NCBI GenBank assembly: GCA_964291495.2
Contig: OZ219872.1
Coordinates: 160,001-224,000 of the forward strand
DNA: 64,000 bases
From: Dehalococcoidia bacterium
GTDB taxonomy: Bacteria; Chloroflexota; Dehalococcoidia; UBA2979
Direction of reading: 5' to 3'
The notes under the pieces were generated by a model. It ran no database searches and was not told the DNA's origin. It was given only the letters and a program-made list of their open reading frames with translations. Shown piece after piece: positions 62,825-64,000 of the stretch (positions within the stretch are counted from its first letter, which is position 1; every line of letters starts with the position of its first letter). Made by a program: the position numbers and the translations under genes.

Positions 62825-63694
62825 ATGCCGTTGCCCGTATTCATCAGCTACTCACACAACGACGCAGACTTTGCGGAAGAGCTAGCCAGCAACCTCGTCC
62901 GCGGGAACGTGCAAGTCTGGATCGATCGGTGGGAACTCCACGTCGGCGACTCGATCCTCACGCGAATTCAGGAAGCTATTGGTGGGGCGAGTGCGCTCAT
63001 TGTCATCCTATCCCAGTCGTCAGTCGAGTCGGAATGGTGCAAGAAGGAACTGAACGCCGGGCTCGTCCGTGAACTGGATGAGAAGCGCGTAGTAGTCTTG
63101 CCCGTGCTGGTCGACGATTGCGAAATCCCGCTCTTCCTTCGCGACAAGTTCTATGCGGACATGAGGACAGACTACGATCGCGGATTGCGGCAGATACTCG
63201 AAGCCGTTGCCAGTGTGACGACACCCTACATGGCGCGCATAGACGAACCAGAGTGGACCATCGACTACTCGATGGACTGGGGCGAGATCGATGGTTTTCT
63301 CTTGCTGTCGCTGTACATTCTCGAGTGGGCCCGAGACCAGCCATATTCTGCCATGTCAAGAGTCGACATTCTCGGGAATCGTGAAGCTACAAGTCACTAC
63401 CGGGCCCGAGCAGCGCTCGGCGAAGAAGCTCAAGTATTGGATTCACTTACCGGCTTCGCCGCAGCCTCGGTTACCGAGAGTCCCGAGCTCGTAGTCGTCT
63501 TGGAGGACACCTTCCCGAAGACGAGTGAACGCATCGTTCGACCCGCTGAACTCCCTGGGGCTGAACTCGTCGTCCATACAGAGTCTAGACGACTCGGAAC
63601 GGACACTGGTCGAGACGTTCGCCTTAGGCTAGGAAATCAGATCGCCATGGTGCATCAGCGGATGCTGGATGTCTCCGCTCGTCCAAAGAGCTAG
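62825..63694 (+). CDS. TIR domain protein with an unknown C-terminal domain, lower GC
   Basis: VFISYSHND, VWID..L.VGD, VILS..S..SEWCKKEL (catalytic-type Glu), VLPVL..CEIP..L. Confidence 0.9.
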   Translation: MPLPVFISYSHNDADFAEELASNLVRGNVQVWIDRWELHVGDSILTRIQEAIGGASALIVILSQSSVESEWCKKELNAGLVRELDEKRVVVLPVLVDDCEIPLFLRDKFYADMRTDYDRGLRQILEAVASVTTPYMARIDEPEWTIDYSMDWGEIDGFLLLSLYILEWARDQPYSAMSRVDILGNREATSHYRARAALGEEAQVLDSLTGFAAASVTESPELVVVLEDTFPKTSERIVRPAELPGAELVVHTESRRLGTDTGRDVRLRLGNQIAMVHQRMLDVSARPKS

Positions 63695-63904
63695 TCCACC
63701 ATCCCCGAATACGATCCGCCGCTCCGGCCGGCACTCCGCGACGCTCTGATCTGCTACGCAGGGCAGTTCGAGGGCGATCCGTGTGGCATGACGGGGCTTC
63801 GAGCAACGGGGGGGCCGCGTGGTTCGTCGAGCCCGCGGATGCTGCGGAGCACATCGCGGCGCTCGCGCGGCGCGTTAAGGCGGTGGTGCGTGAACTGGCG
63901 GACT

Positions 63905-64000
63905 CTAGCGGCCGTCGGCCGCACAATCGCCTGCGCTGAAGTCGGCAGACCTCGAAGCCAGGTCCTCGCGCGCGGCCTCGGCGCGGCGCTCGGCTATCAG
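63905..64000 (-). CDS. C-terminal fragment, possibly an AbrB/MazE-type antitoxin, truncated by the window edge
   Basis: LIAERRAEAARE..* matches the usual tail of AbrB-family antitoxins. Only 31 residues are visible. Confidence 0.45.
   Translation of the reverse strand: MIAERRAEAAREDLASRSADFSAGDCAADGR

Overview
A very GC-rich (roughly 70% by eye), densely coding bacterial chromosome segment. Gene content and protein style point to Chloroflexota, class Dehalococcoidia (SAR202/Tepidiforma-like): Dehalococcoidia-type PurN, a membrane-anchored baseplate-J protein next to alaS/ruvX, and several luciferase-like monooxygenases. That assignment is inference. Most of the window is housekeeping: accC/accB, infC-rpmI-rplT, pheST, aroE-aroC-aroKB, aroQ, moeA, mltG, ruvX, alaS, glmU, dprA-topA-xerC, efp, xseAB, purN, rluB-cmk-plsC, ppdK, glmS, dnaG-rpoD, mazG, pcrA, tRNA-Phe and msrA. 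Scattered among these are single-gene, lower-GC insertions (an Abi_C/HEPN-like gene, a TIR gene, toxin-antitoxin parts) and REP-like palindromes. The strongest unusual signal is a DUF169-like gene (2287-3021, minus strand). Its reading frame continues through an in-frame UGA at the S-x-G-C cysteine position, and a SECIS-like stem-loop follows directly, so it is a candidate selenoprotein. Other oddities: an in-frame TAA inside glmS next to a 9-bp tandem repeat, an EF-P with a shortened KTKKS tip loop, a palindromic -10 box that could drive leaderless mRNAs in both directions, and a PIN toxin with no in-frame start codon. No databases or folding programs were run. Family calls come from motif recognition only.
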